From the NCBI RefSeq assembly GCF_006345805.1, contig NW_021834383.1, positions 1 through 55,507 on the forward strand: a stretch of DNA of 55,507 nt, written 5' to 3'. The stretch comes from Octopus sinensis (Eukaryota). The notes beneath the pieces were generated by a model, which was not told where the DNA came from, searched no databases, and worked only from the letters and a program-made list of their open reading frames with translations. The position numbers were made by a program, and so were the translations under genes. This document shows, piece after piece, positions 39,662 to 53,067 of the stretch (position 1 is the stretch's first letter; each line of letters starts with the position of its first letter).

Positions 39662-39850
39662 AGGTGGCGAACTGGCAAAATCGTTAGCATGCTCAGCGGC
39701 ATTTCATCCGTTTTCACGTTCTGAGTTCAAATCCCGTCGCGTTTCACCCTTTCGGAGTCGATAAAATAAGTACCAGTTGAAAACTGGGGTCGACGTAATC
39801 GACTTAACTAACTTCCCCTCTGAAACTGCTGGCCTCATGCCAAACTTTGA
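39662..39850 (+). mobile_element. SINE family B
   Basis: ggtggcgaactggcaaaatcgttagc..gagttcaaatc..cacccttcggagtcgataaaataagtaccag-like sequence. Confidence 0.82.
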
Positions 39851-40799
39851 AATCATTGTTACATATATTACTACATACAATAAATAAAAACATTCTGCAG
39901 TAAATAACATTTAAAAAATTACCTTTTATGAGCAGCCTGATACTGGTCCACAGCACGGTGGTTGGGGCCCCCTGTCCTAAGCAATAAGCAGAGAAGGAGA
40001 GAAGGAGAGAGAGAGAGAGGGGGAGAGAAGGAGAGAGAGAGAAAGAGAGATGGTTCAAACCCATTGCATTGCTCATCTTGATGAATTTAGAGTGGCACTT
40101 TTAAATAAAAGAATTTGTTTTATCAATTTTTGGGTACCTTGTGGTTTCGATGTAGGGGAGGTTTACCTGTACTGAGGTGTTCATGATTATCATTGCTGCT
40201 TCTGTTGCTACTGCTGTTGTTGTTGTTACTCCCGTTTATTCCTGGGACAATTATGATTGACGGGACCTGAGATGAAAACTCATGAATAGTTCTAGCTATG
40301 GTCAAGCTGTCCATCACTCTTCATTTTTAGCCCAAGAGTGGTCAGTTACTGGGATTTAAGCAACAAAAGGAAAGTTTGAGGGATATTTGGCTGCGGTTTC
40401 CACCTGATCGAGCAACCACATCGAAGCTCCACCGTTGTTTTTGCGGGCCGAGAAGCATTATCTAATAACAGCAGCAGCAGTAATAGCAGCAGTAGCAGCA
40501 GCAGTAATAGCAGCAGTAGTAGTAGTAGTAGTAGTAGTAGCATGTTGTTTACGTTGTTGTTGTCTTCGCCTTTGTTGCTATTGCTGTTAATGTTGCTCAT
40601 ATTGACGCGGTTAACGTTGATAACGTTGTTAACGATAATGTCGTTGCTGTTAAAATGGTGTCTTGTTAAGATTGTTGTTATTGTTGTTGTTGCTTAATGT
40701 TATTATTAATTTATTAATTTATGATGTTAGTGTTTCGCTTATGTTTATTATAACTGTTATTGCTGTTGCTGTTGCTGCTGGTATTACTGTTGTAGTTGA

Positions 40800-41192
40800 T
40801 TGGAAAAAGAAGGAAAGGAAAAAGCAGAAGAAAAAAATTAAGACAAAGAAGTAGAAGAGGAAGAAGAAGAAAAAGAAGAAAATAATAATAAAATAATATA
40901 ATAATAATAATATAATAATATAATAATAATAATAAAATAGAAGAAAAAGAAAAAGAAAAAGAAAAGAAGAAAAAAAAGAAAACAAAAAAAGAAGAAGAGA
41001 AGACGAAGAAGAAGAAAAAGAAGAAGAAAAGGAAGAAGAAAAAGAGGAAGAGGAAGAAGAAGAAGAAAAGGAAGAAGAAGAAGAAGAAGAAGAAGAAAAG
41101 GAAGAAGAAGAAGAAGAAGAAGAAAGAAGGAGAAGAAAAAGAAGAAAAAGAAGAAAAAGAAGAAGAAGAAAGAGAAGAAGAAAAAGAAGAAA

Positions 41193-41226
<34 letters not shown>

Positions 41227-41232
41227 AGAAGA
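40800..41232 (+). repeat. Purine-rich (GAA)n / (GAAAAA)n tract with (AAT)n
   Basis: Directly visible; the last ~280 bp is almost pure A/G. Confidence 0.97.
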
Positions 41233-42085
41233 CAGTAAAAAAATATATTTAAAAAAAACTTTGCGCAAACATCAATTTTCTGAAAATATATTCGAAGACA
41301 TTTGCCCATCGCCCGCTTCTCCTCCGCTCGCGCCAGCCTCACCAATTTATATTGGAAAGACATTCACTGCCACCCCTACCGCAGTTCCACCCCCACCAAC
41401 ATAAGATTGACATAATTCCTGTCACCAGACTGTCACACGAACCTGACATTTACTCTCAACCAATAAATACAAAAAAAGCCCGCCGACCCACCCCTTCCAC
41501 CATCATCATCACCGCCACCGCCACGCACACCACAGTCACAAACTCATAAAATTTACATTTACTTTCCAATACTCCCACCGCCACCACCAATGCTCTGTGC
41601 TACTCTCCTCCTATGTACTCTTCACCCCACTTTTTTTTGTTTACTATATTCCAATACTTTATTTGTTTATATATTTATTATTTATTCATTTTTTTTTATT
41701 TAATTTTCTTTTGATGATTTCAATTTTGTTTTAACTTTCGAATTCGTTTTATTTGAATATTTAAAAAAAAAACCAAAAAAAAAAATTAAAACAGAAAAAA
41801 AAGAATATTCCCCTCTCATTCTCACTGCATCCCTCTTTCTCCCCCTTTCTCTCAATCTGTCTGTCTGCGTCACTCTCTGTCTCTGTTTGTCTCTCTATCT
41901 TTCTCTCTCTCTCTCTCGTTCGCTCGCTCTCACTCACCGTCTTGCTTTTATAGGTTTCTTGTTGGCATTTATATTGAAATTCATTTAGTTCGATGTACTC
42001 TAAGTTTCGTCCTTTCTTCCTTCCTTCCGCTCTTTTCTTTCTCCGTTTCTTTATTTGTTTCCTCCAAATATCTTTATTATATTTA

Positions 42086-42116
<31 letters not shown>

Positions 42117-42203
42117 TGTATGTATGTATGTATATATATATATATTATATACACACACATATGTATGTATGTATGTATATATATATATATTATATACACA
42201 CAC

Positions 42204-42234
<31 letters not shown>

Positions 42235-42750
42235 TGTATGTATGTATTGTCCTCACTCTTTCGTTAGAGTCCTCCTCTTGACTATTTGCCACAAAGGTTA
42301 CAAGGCCACAGTTTCTCGCACTACAAATCAACAGTTGATGCTTTTTCATATCTCTTCAGTTTTGTCATCAAAGAACTGAACCATATCTCATCTTTGATGG
42401 ATTACAATTTCCTTTATTTGTTTCATTTCTATCTGTTTTTATTTTTTTTTTCAAAAATATTTTAATATTTAAAAATTTTTGATTCACTAAGAGGTTGACT
42501 ATATCATTGCCTTTGTCATTGTTATAATAGTCGTCTAGACATATGATGAAAAGGCATTCCAGCCACGACTGTCCAACAGTTATGTATGCACACAAACACA
42601 CACATACACACACATACTCACACTCACAGTCATACAATCAGGAAATATGAACGATGAATGCAGACTTATTATTGCCGTATAATTACATTATTATTTCTAT
42701 ATGATTACAGCCGTTTCGTAAACTTCATGTAATAATATTAAATCAAAGTA

Positions 42751-42965
42751 AGGCGGCGAATTGGCAGAAATGTTAGCACGCCGGGCGAAATACATAACAG
42801 TATTTCGTCTATCTTTACGTTCTGAGTTCAAATTGTACCGAGGTCAAGTTTGCCTGTCATCCTTTCGGGATCGATAAATTAAGTACCAGTTACGTACTGG
42901 GGTCGACCTAATCGACTGGCCCCTCTCCCCCAAAATTTCGGGCCTTGTGCCTAGAATGGAAAAGA
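42751..42965 (+). mobile_element. SINE family B
   Basis: ggcggcgaattggcagaaatgttagcacgccgggcgaaa..catcctttcgggatcgataaattaagtaccag. Confidence 0.88.
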
Positions 42966-43080
42966 ATATTAATTCTAAAATTCCAAATTACATACATACT
43001 ATCTTCTGCTTGATGCTTTGTGTATTGTCGATGTCATAAGAATTTATAAACTATCGAGAGAATGTAAAATAATAATTTTT

Positions 43081-43267
43081 TGGAACTAGATCTCGGAGCA
43101 GATTTACAGCAATAAATAAATAGCATGGAAACATTGAGTGGAAAGACCCCTTTGAATAGTAAAATTCCAAGGCATACCTCGATATTCTGTTGTAAATGGT
43201 TTTCCAGCCCAATATTAAATGCTATTATTTATTTATAGTTTCATGTGTGTTTCGAGATCTAGTTCCA
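43081..43267. repeat. Inverted repeat of PLE-terminus-like sequence
   Basis: Perfect 15-bp IR tggaactagatctcg / cgagatctagttcca, extended by aataaataaatagcat / atgctattatttattta. Confidence 0.75.
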
Positions 43268-43488
43268 CAATTATATATATATATATATATAAAATATTAG
43301 AAAAAACCCCACCTTTTATCAATTCAAAATGAATAATTAAATTACACCATCTAGAAAATTACATATAATAGAAAAGTTAAAATTAAAATAACATTTAAAA
43401 AGTAAAGATTAAGTAAACTTAGTATTTCGAAATTGAATTATTTTTCCTTGTAAGTTTGGATTTTATTCCCTCAAATAATAATAATAAT

Positions 43489-43577
<89 letters not shown>

Positions 43578-44798
43578 ATGTACACATATAAATATATATG
43601 TGTGTGGTGTGTGTGTGTGTGTGTGCGTGTATGTACACATATAAATATATGTATGTGAGTATACACACACAAACGCATATATGTATATATATATATACAT
43701 ACATTTATATATATTCAAGGTAAATGATAACACGACAGTGTATCTATGTAATTAGGGGAAAAAGTACTCAATACTTTACCATAGAGTGAACTATATTTTT
43801 ATACAGCACAATCTATTATTGTTACGTGGAGTTTAAGTTCCTCAGACGATTGTTATAAGAATACATATTAGCGACGTATGTAGTATTCATATTGGGAAGT
43901 GATATTTATGCCCACTTGGACGTGGATTTTCTAAGAGAACAAACTTTACAGCAGTGGATACCACGAGAGAAACTCTCACACTGGCTTTTTGGTGCAAAGT
44001 GCACTCTTGTTTATATTGTGTGAGGAGATGAATTCCAGTTAACTCCAGCGCCCAGACCACCAGACCAGATGATTTCGACCTTGTTTGGCCTCGATATAAA
44101 CAAGGATGCATTTTGCATCAAAAGCCAATATGAGAGTTTCTCTCTTGGTACCTACCACTCTATAGTTTGTTCTAGCTTAGCATCCATGTTTAAGTGGGGA
44201 TAAGTGTTACTTCTCGATTGTTATAAGTCATAGGTAGCTTGTAATATATTCACTCACCTTCTGAGTAGATTTGGTAGATGGAAACTGGAAGAGGCTCACC
44301 GTGTATACATAAATATGTGCGTACATACATACATACATACATACACACATACATAATGCATACATACATACATACATGCATACATACATACATACATACA
44401 TACATACATACATACATACATACATACGTGCATGCATGAATACATACATACATACATGCATATATACATATATATACATACATGAATACACACATACACG
44501 CATACATACATACATGCATGCATACATATATACTTACATACATGCGTGCATACACACATACAGGCATACATATATACATACATGCATGCATACACACATA
44601 CACACACATACATACATGCATGCATACACACATACACACGCATACAAACATACAGGCATACATACATACATAATGCATGCATGCATACATATATACATGC
44701 ATGCATACATTCATACATACATGCATACATACATACATGCATACATACATACTTGCATGCATACATGCATACATACATGTATGCATACATACATACAT

Positions 44799-45040
44799 AA
44801 AACAAGTGCTAGAGACGGAAAATGAAATACACTGGAAACTTTATTTCTTACGACGATCGTTTCGACACATCCTGCATTGATTCATCGCAAGTGGGAGGCT
44901 ATACAACTAGTTGTGGTGCATCCTTCGGTGCAGAAGCGTTGCGTCTTCTCGAGGGATCGATGCCGGATGCGTCGGAACGATCGGTGTGAGTAATAAAGTT
45001 TTTTTATGTATTCCATTTCCCGCCTCTATCTTTTGTTTTA
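44799..45040. repeat. ~240-bp foldback with hammerhead-like arms
   Basis: Left arm rc gatgaatcaatgcaggatgtgtcgaaacgatcgtcgtaagaaataaagttt.. vs right arm gagggatcgatgccggatgcgtcggaacgatcggtgtgagtaataaagttt.. Confidence 0.75.
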
Positions 45041-45459
45041 TACTCAATGTACACCGAGGAATTCCTGAGGTAGATTCAGTGACAATTGTGTAATTACCGT
45101 GGATGACTTCAGGTATCCATAGGCAATTTACGTGCTTCACCGGCTAACTACTAAGAACATACCGAATACTTAAATATTAACATACATACATAACAATAGA
45201 GGAATAATGGTTTATTTTCTATAGCTGCCGCCAACGTGTTTTTTTTTATTGATGAATAGAGATCAAGCGAATAAAAAACAACCCGTCTTCATCAGGTGAA
45301 TATACTCGAATTACACATTTAAAACATTTCAAAACTCACCAGTTTGTCCCACTTCATGATTCTCTGACTTGTAATTATCAAAAGAGTCATACATACATGC
45401 TTCCATACATACGTATGTACGCACATATGTGTGGTGGGTGTCTCTAAAAAAATAAAATC

Positions 45460-46160
45460 TTGCTGATTTACTTACGTCCCTGTAATTGAGTGGTTTGGCA
45501 ATAAGAGACTGATTGAGAAGACCAGAGTTAAAGAACAGGTCCTGGATTCGATTTGTTCGACGAATACACTTCAAGGTGGTGCCCCAGCATGGCCGCAGTC
45601 CAATGAATGAAACAAGCAAAAGAAAATAGAATAAAAGATATAATATTCCAAATGAGAAACACATGAGCAACAGACATTCATACGTTTTCTCCTTTTAAAC
45701 AAAAGGGATGTTTTTGAGGGGACAGAAACAAAATGGAGTCTATAAATTAGTTTATAACTAGATATTTCTTAACGATTCAGTTAGCGGAACCGATTATATA
45801 ACTGGTACGTATTTGTTCCACTCTGAAAGCAAAATTTATTCACTTTATCATTCAAAAATCTTTTAGCGTTTGTCTTTTACTTGTTTCAGTCACTAGATTG
45901 CGGCCGTGCTGGGGCAATGCTTTCGTGAATTTTCTCGAACGAATCGACTCCAGGGTTTATTTTTTTAAAAACCGGGTACATATTCTAGCGTTATCCTTTG
46001 CCGAGTCGATAAGTTACGGGGACGTAAACATACCAACACCGGTTGTCAAGCGGTAATGTGGAAAAACATATACACGCACACCCAAATCCACATAAGCACC
46101 CCCCCCCAAAACATACACACAAACACACATGTACATATGGCGACGGGCTTCTTTCATGGT
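45460..46160. mobile_element. Two SINE A 3' halves (+ 45460-45640; - 45870-46160)
   Basis: Tail motifs cagcatggccgcagtc and gttacggggacgtaaaca. Confidence 0.78.
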
Positions 46161-46357
46161 TATGACCCCGGCGTGATACGAACCTGCTGTCAGCTAGGTC
46201 AAGCCAAACACACTGACACAGAGCATATACACTCACACATATGTATGTAAGTGAAGTGTGTGTAAATGTATAAGTATATATACATACATAGACTCACACA
46301 TACACATATACATACATATATATAAATATATGTATATATATGCATACATGCATATAT

Positions 46358-46388
<31 letters not shown>

Positions 46389-46868
46389 GTAATTATATAG
46401 ATATATGCAATCCTACAGTTAAAACATTTGTATACATCTGTACACATAAGCACACACAAACATATACATGTATATAGACGTGTATATACATATATATGTT
46501 TATACATACATACATACATATATATATATATATGCGTATATGTATGTATATACGAATACATTATATAACTAGTATGTGAGTATGTTGTATATGTGTGGGC
46601 AGGTAAAATGCATATAACTTTAATATGCTTAGTCAAAAGAAAATCTGCACAAATCCACCATGTTCCCTAGTTTTTCAAAGATTTAGTTAATTCTAAATGC
46701 ACAAGACAGGATTACGAAATGTAATATCCTGCATTGACGTTGTTCAAGAAACTAATCCACGGTTCAAATGTTTGCCTCACTCTGAAGGAGTCCTTTTATG
46801 GTGAAGGCACCACATTCTAAGAATGACTTCTTATATTATAGCAAACTTTTTCGATGACCAAGACATAT

Positions 46869-46869
<1 letters not shown>

Positions 46870-46936
<67 letters not shown>

Positions 46937-46956
46937 TAATAATAATAATAATAATG

Positions 46957-46998
<42 letters not shown>

Positions 46999-47000
46999 TA

Positions 47001-47048
<48 letters not shown>

Positions 47049-47090
47049 TAATAATAATAATATAATAATATAATAATAATAATAATAATG

Positions 47091-47144
<54 letters not shown>

Positions 47145-47163
47145 TAATAATAATAATAATATA

Positions 47164-47230
<67 letters not shown>

Positions 47231-47255
47231 AATGATAATAATAATATTAATAACA
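46870..47255 (+). repeat. (AAT)n microsatellite, ~385 bp
   Basis: Directly visible. Confidence 0.99.
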
Positions 47256-47430
47256 ATCCTTTCTAACATAGACACAAGGCCTGAATTTTTTTTTTGTTTT
47301 TGTAGATGGAGGTAACTTGATTACATCGACCGCAGTACTTGGCTGGTACTTATTTCACCGATCCCGAAATGTTGAACAAAAACAACTGCAAGAACAACTG
47401 CCGCAGCAGCAACAACAACAGCAACAAGAA

Positions 47431-47560
47431 TAGGCAGTGGCTCTCATGGTTTCTTGTTTTAAGAGATTGGAAGTGTTATCATGTACATGTTTTTGTCTTG
47501 GTGCAAAGATGGGTTAATATTCAGCAAATACTGTCCATCGATTGGGACAAAGCATACTGA
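47431..47560. mobile_element. Terminal fragment of the (AAT)n-flanked element
   Basis: aggcagtggctctcatgg..gattggaagtgttatcatgtaca..ttttgtcttggt matches the start of 25222. It is preceded by (CAA)n/aat. Confidence 0.75.
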
Positions 47561-47605
47561 AGTGTCCACCTGGTCATCAGAACTGCAGGCATAGCGAAGC
47601 AATAA

Positions 47606-47644
<39 letters not shown>

Positions 47645-48029
47645 ATAGAGGGAGAGAGTGCGACACACTTCTTAGGTTCGCTTGGCAGTAAATGATCCAG
47701 TTAGATAAAAGGGTCCCAGTTAGAGGCAGTGGTATTGACTCTTGGCCGATAGTTTCCTTTGCAGTGCAAAATGAGGCAGGTTGAGATGGTAGAGTTCAAG
47801 AGAATTACATGTGATCAGGAAGGTTCAATATAGACTTTCAACTCCTTATAACGTTCGTTAACTACAGGACAAACCTGAAGCTGTGTCCTGTTATGGGTGC
47901 AGAAATAAAAGGGCAAGGCAGAAAGCCCTGTTGTGTCAAAGCTACTTTGAACTTTCTATCCCGAGGATCTAGAAGAAAGAAAACAGATGGTAGTAAACAG
48001 CTTCCGGACCAGCAAAAAACAGCATCAGT

Positions 48030-48210
48030 GGAGGCGCAATGGCCCAGTGATTAGGACAGCGGACTCGCGGTCGTAAGAACGCGGTTTCAATTCCTAGACC
48101 GGGCATTGTGAGTGTTTATTGAGCAAACCACATAAGCTCAACGAGGCTCCGGTGGGGCGTTGTGGTGAACTACTCTTTCACCACAACCTTCTCTCACTCT
48201 TTCTTCCTAC
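48030..48210 (+). mobile_element. SINE family C (tRNA-derived), truncated
   Basis: ggaggcgcaatggcccagtgattagg..gcggtttcaattcc..gtgagtgtttattgagc. Confidence 0.85.
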
Positions 48211-48919
48211 TTCTGCCACAAAGCAGTGGAACCATGGTCTAACCCACTATGGTGTGGTAAACTTTCAGACCCTAGTCTAGATTGCGAATCCTATGTACCC
48301 CAGGATGGTTCAGCCCTCCACCCGTTAAAAGCCACCGTTTACGAAAAGAGGGTAACAACGTAGCTTTCGCGCCCGTGCAACCGCTAGTCTACCGCGTGTG
48401 GTGGATGGATCTTCAAGTTGCCACACGCATTCATAGTAGCTTAGAGTAGGCTCGAATTAGAGATTATTCTTTGTGGCTAATGGCATGAGTTCTGATTGGA
48501 AGAAGAAGAAGAAGACAACAGCATCAGATACCAGTGGCTGCTGTTCTGATAGCACCACTATTCCACTATCGAATTCAATCCTGATCAAGGTCGAAAATCT
48601 CATCTTGTTCTGAGAACAAAATGTCGACTGCCAGGAGACTCCTTACCCGGTTATAATAAGTTGTGTCATCACGATTACATGTGACAAGTCAATGAAGAAG
48701 ACTTCACCAAATCTCCATTAGCCGCTGCAAACAGGATGGCCAAACTGGAATGCCTTTCGATGAAGGCTGATTTGGAGCTAAGCAACAACATCATCCAACT
48801 TTACATCCCCAAGGCAAACATAAACATACATAGATTTCTTACACATACTTTTTGAGAGGCTGTTTCTTTGGCAAAGTTAAAGAGAGCTTTAGGGTTCGAC
48901 TTGATATTTTCGGTAACCC

Positions 48920-50110
48920 TGGCTTCCTTATTTGTTTTCTCTTTTTCGTGAGGTTCATGAATATTTTTCTCCAATAGCGTTATCTTCAGGCGGGACTTTT
49001 CACTTTAGAGATGCTTGTTCAAGCGGTTCAGAATCTTTGTCCGTCCTCTCATAAAAATTCTCTTTTCCTTAGGGATCTTGTTTTTGTGTATGTTGGCCTT
49101 GTGTATGTCGGCCAACTCATGTTTGACAGATTTGTCACACATGACCTGCATTGTGGACATGAAATGTTTGTGTTTCATGTCAATGTCTGGTGTGAAGTGA
49201 CAGTTTGGCCAATCTTTTTTGAGGATCACTTTCTCAATCGACTTCCTTTTTGCTTTATGAAAGTTCAGTTTGGAGAGATTTCGGGTGCTTCGTATAGGAT
49301 GTACATCTGCAGGGGCTTTTGGTCCACCCATAGACAGCTCTATTATGTTGTGATCCGAGACTAAGGTCAATGTCACTTTTACATTATGGATAATGTCCAT
49401 ATTGTTTATGAAGAAGAGATCCAGTATATCATTTGCCATAGCTGGTTGCGGCACAATTTGCTCCATGAATGAAGCATTGGTAAGGTGGAGCAGGGACTCC
49501 GCTTGTGCTTGTTAGTGGTGTATTATTCCTAAGAACATCTGACCCTCAGGCCTTCTCATATTGGAGAAGTTAAAGTCACCCAGAAGGAAACACTGATGCA
49601 TTGCTCCAGAACTTATATCTCTGCCAGGCAGACTTCAAACATACCAGTATGATTTTGAGCATCCGGTGGGCGACATGTAGTACAAATAACAATATTAAGT
49701 TGTTTTATGCGTACAATTTAACTGTCATACACTGAGTTTGAATATGATAGCAGGACCTGGGGCATGAGGTCCTCTCGGATGTATATAACAACTCCAGCAT
49801 GGTACTTTTCTTTTCTATTTGATCATATTACAACATATTTTGGTATGTGTATTTCTGCATCCCCTATATCAGTTCTGAGATGCGTTTCCACAAATGTTGT
49901 GCGTAGAGGTTGATTGCATGCAGCAAGATCCCCCAGGAAAGAGATTCTTGCTTTGCAGTTGAGGTGCAACAGACCGCCGATATTTAAAAGAAATATTTTT
50001 GTGAGTGTTGGTGTCAGTGGTGGCCATCTTGAACCTGTTGTCTGCGGTGGCCTTCTGTGGTGGTGGATATGATTCAAAGTTTCTGTTCGTAGCTAGGCCA
50101 GCTGCTGGAC
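48920..50110 (-). mobile_element. CR1/L2-type LINE, APE endonuclease region
   Basis: FLLNIGGL..TFVETHL..EIHIPKY..GVVIYIRE, LGDFNF, NDILDLFFINN..VSDHNIIEL: the motif order of a LINE AP-endonuclease. Interrupted. Confidence 0.88.
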
Positions 50111-50154
50111 AATCTTTTGTGCTATGGACAAAAAAGATTGTTGTTTATATATAT

Positions 50155-50456
50155 CCCCGTGATCAACGTGATCAACCAGGCTATCAGAATTTGCTACACA
50201 TCGCTGGTCACAATGCGCTTCGCACTGTTTTAGCCTTCAAATGACACCACCCCGCTGGCTAAGCGAGCAGGCCAACAGAAGAAAGAGTGAGAGAAAGTTG
50301 TGGCGAAAGAGTACAGCAGGGATCGGCACCACACCCTAGCGGAGCCTCGTGGAGCTTTAGGCGTTTTCGCTCAATAAACACTCACAACGCCCGGTACGGA
50401 AATCGAAACCGCGATCCTACAACCACGAGTCCACTGCCCTAACCACTGGGCCCTCC
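50155..50456 (-). mobile_element. SINE family C
   Basis: Reverse complement of the 48030 family, with tail gtgatcaacgtgatcaaccagg. Confidence 0.88.
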
Positions 50457-50466
50457 AAGTAAGATT

Positions 50467-50501
<35 letters not shown>

Positions 50502-50702
50502 CTCCCGCTCCCCCCATGTAGATATGTATGTATGTACCTATCTATCTATCTATCTTTCTATCTATACGCACATACACGTATATATACGGACAGAGAAGGG
50601 GAAGAGTGAGAAACAATAATACTGCATATATAAACATGCAGACACACACGCACACGCACACACGCACAAAGACAGACAGACACACACACATACATACATA
50701 CA

Positions 50703-50738
<36 letters not shown>

Positions 50739-50990
50739 TATATATCATATATCATCACTTTTACAGTCTGCGGAGTAATGGCTAAAATTGGCACTGTTTA
50801 TAATTATACCATGTTACACACAGACACAGACACACACACACACACACACACACACATTGCAAACGATTTTAAAGTAAAAATTCAACAACTGTAGAATAAA
50901 AAAATTATAGAACGCATAATTTGTAAAAAAAGTTAGCTGTTTTCTCTTTCTCTTTCTCTGCCTGTTTCTCTGTCCCCCATCTTCCCCTTA

Positions 50991-51026
<36 letters not shown>

Positions 51027-51071
51027 CTTATATAGATATATAATATATATATATATATATACATACATATG

Positions 51072-51111
<40 letters not shown>

Positions 51112-51536
51112 GTGTGTTGTGTGTGTGTGTGTGTGTGTATGTTAAAAACACTCATCGAAAAATTTATGAAGAAAAGAAAAGACGGCAGAAGAAAGGGCTG
51201 GAAATCGATGAGAATAACCAAGGTAGATAAAAAAAAATGTATATAATACTGATGTATAGGATAAAAGAATAAGTTAAAAAAAAAGGGGGAAAATAGATAA
51301 AAATAGATAAAAGTAAGAATAGATAAGAGAGGAGAAGAGAAAAAGTGGAGGATATTGAAATGATAAAGAAATTGATGGAAAAATAATAGAAAGTTTAAGA
51401 ATAAAAGACAACAATGAGAGGATAAGAATAGGAATGGCGGACAGCGCATAAGAAGTAAGGAAATGAAATGTGTGAGAGTCGGAGATATGCGCAGGGATAA
51501 TGTAGAGTGATATATATATATATGTATGTATTATAT

Positions 51537-51570
<34 letters not shown>

Positions 51571-51586
51571 ATATGTGTGGTGTGTG

Positions 51587-51642
<56 letters not shown>

Positions 51643-51835
51643 TATTTATATATTATATATTATATATAATATATATATATATATATTGTTATAGTATATG
51701 TATATATTATATATTGTGTTCGTATATATATATCCGTATATACATACATACACACATATGCATGTATTTATACAAATATATGCACAAACTTATATGAATG
51801 CATACATATAAATATACATATATACATACTATATA

Positions 51836-51878
<43 letters not shown>

Positions 51879-51960
51879 ACACATATATATATATATATCA
51901 GGAGAAAGAGAGATGGAGGTGGGGAAGATGGAGGGACAGAGAGACAGACAGAATTAGGAG

Positions 51961-51996
<36 letters not shown>

Positions 51997-52459
51997 CTAT
52001 GATGTTGAAGAAAATATGAAACGAAAGAAACAAAAGAAAAAATTGGAACAACACTTTGTTCATCTTAAGAGAGAATAATTTCACATATAGGCTATTTAAT
52101 TGACCCCAAGAGGAGCTGAAACATTGTTGCTTAATGGATTAGACATAGCTCCCAATTCGACCTTAAGAATACTCTAAGTGGTCGGTTAATCTGCAAGACA
52201 TACTGAAGAAACTTCTTTCCAGTAATAGACTTCAGCCAAAGCGGTAAATTCTTTGTATCCATTCTATTTGCTAGAAATTGAAGCTAAATTACTTTTTAAC
52301 CCTGTCATTGCGCAAATGAGCGGCACTTTATGTCGTCGTTCGACAACGGCTGGCTCTTTGAAATAAAGACATTTCTATGCAACTGGCTTCCTCGTGCTTT
52401 ATGCTTATGTAGTTTTTACTCACAAGGCTTACGCTAAGCTGATAATCGGAGACCCTTAC

Positions 52460-52587
52460 AGAAAGTACTGTGCACTAGGATTGATCCTTGCTTCTCATGA
52501 CTGCCGGCACTCTTGTTGTCTACATACAGATAGTATTCATCACACTCCGCCTTAGGATTAGAATTAGAGACGTCATAGTAGGCTTTG
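52460..52587 (-). CDS. Candidate internal coding exon (KAYYDVSNSNPKAECDEYYLYVDNKSAGSHEKQGSILVHSTF)
   Basis: Acceptor ttgatgtgtttctctacag|, donor |gtaagg, 128 nt open with protein-like composition, in non-repetitive DNA. No homology recognised. Confidence 0.45.
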
Positions 52588-52899
52588 CTGTAGAGAAACA
52601 CATCAAGCAATGGGCTTGTTGAAGCCTTTCATTATTTATACGACACAGAAAAATTTCGGTAGAGCCATATTTATTTTTTATTTAACGAAACAGACGCACT
52701 ATTGCAGAAACACAACGGTGCGATGTGACATCAGGATCCGTAAATAGCTGGTCTAGCAAATGCATTATCAGTTTAGACAGAATTTTGGAACTCACAACAC
52801 TTGAAGCCCTTTGGGGAAGATTTCAGGAAAATGACTAGTTTTTTTTTATTAAAACATATTTATTGTATATGTATATTTTTACATAAACTTCCCTGCGAC

Positions 52900-53010
52900 A
52901 TGATTCCGGATTCAGTTCCACTGCGTGTTTCCCACTACACATAGCCACGGGTCGACCAAAGCCCTGTGAGTGGATTTGGTAGATGCAAACTGAAAGAAGA
53001 CTGCCGTATA

Positions 53011-53067
<57 letters not shown>

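Noticed and set aside
48240-48360. Possible HDV-like ribozyme in an RTE-like 5' region (cagccctccacccgtt)
   Set aside because: I could not assemble P1/P2 pairings or the catalytic C context by eye.
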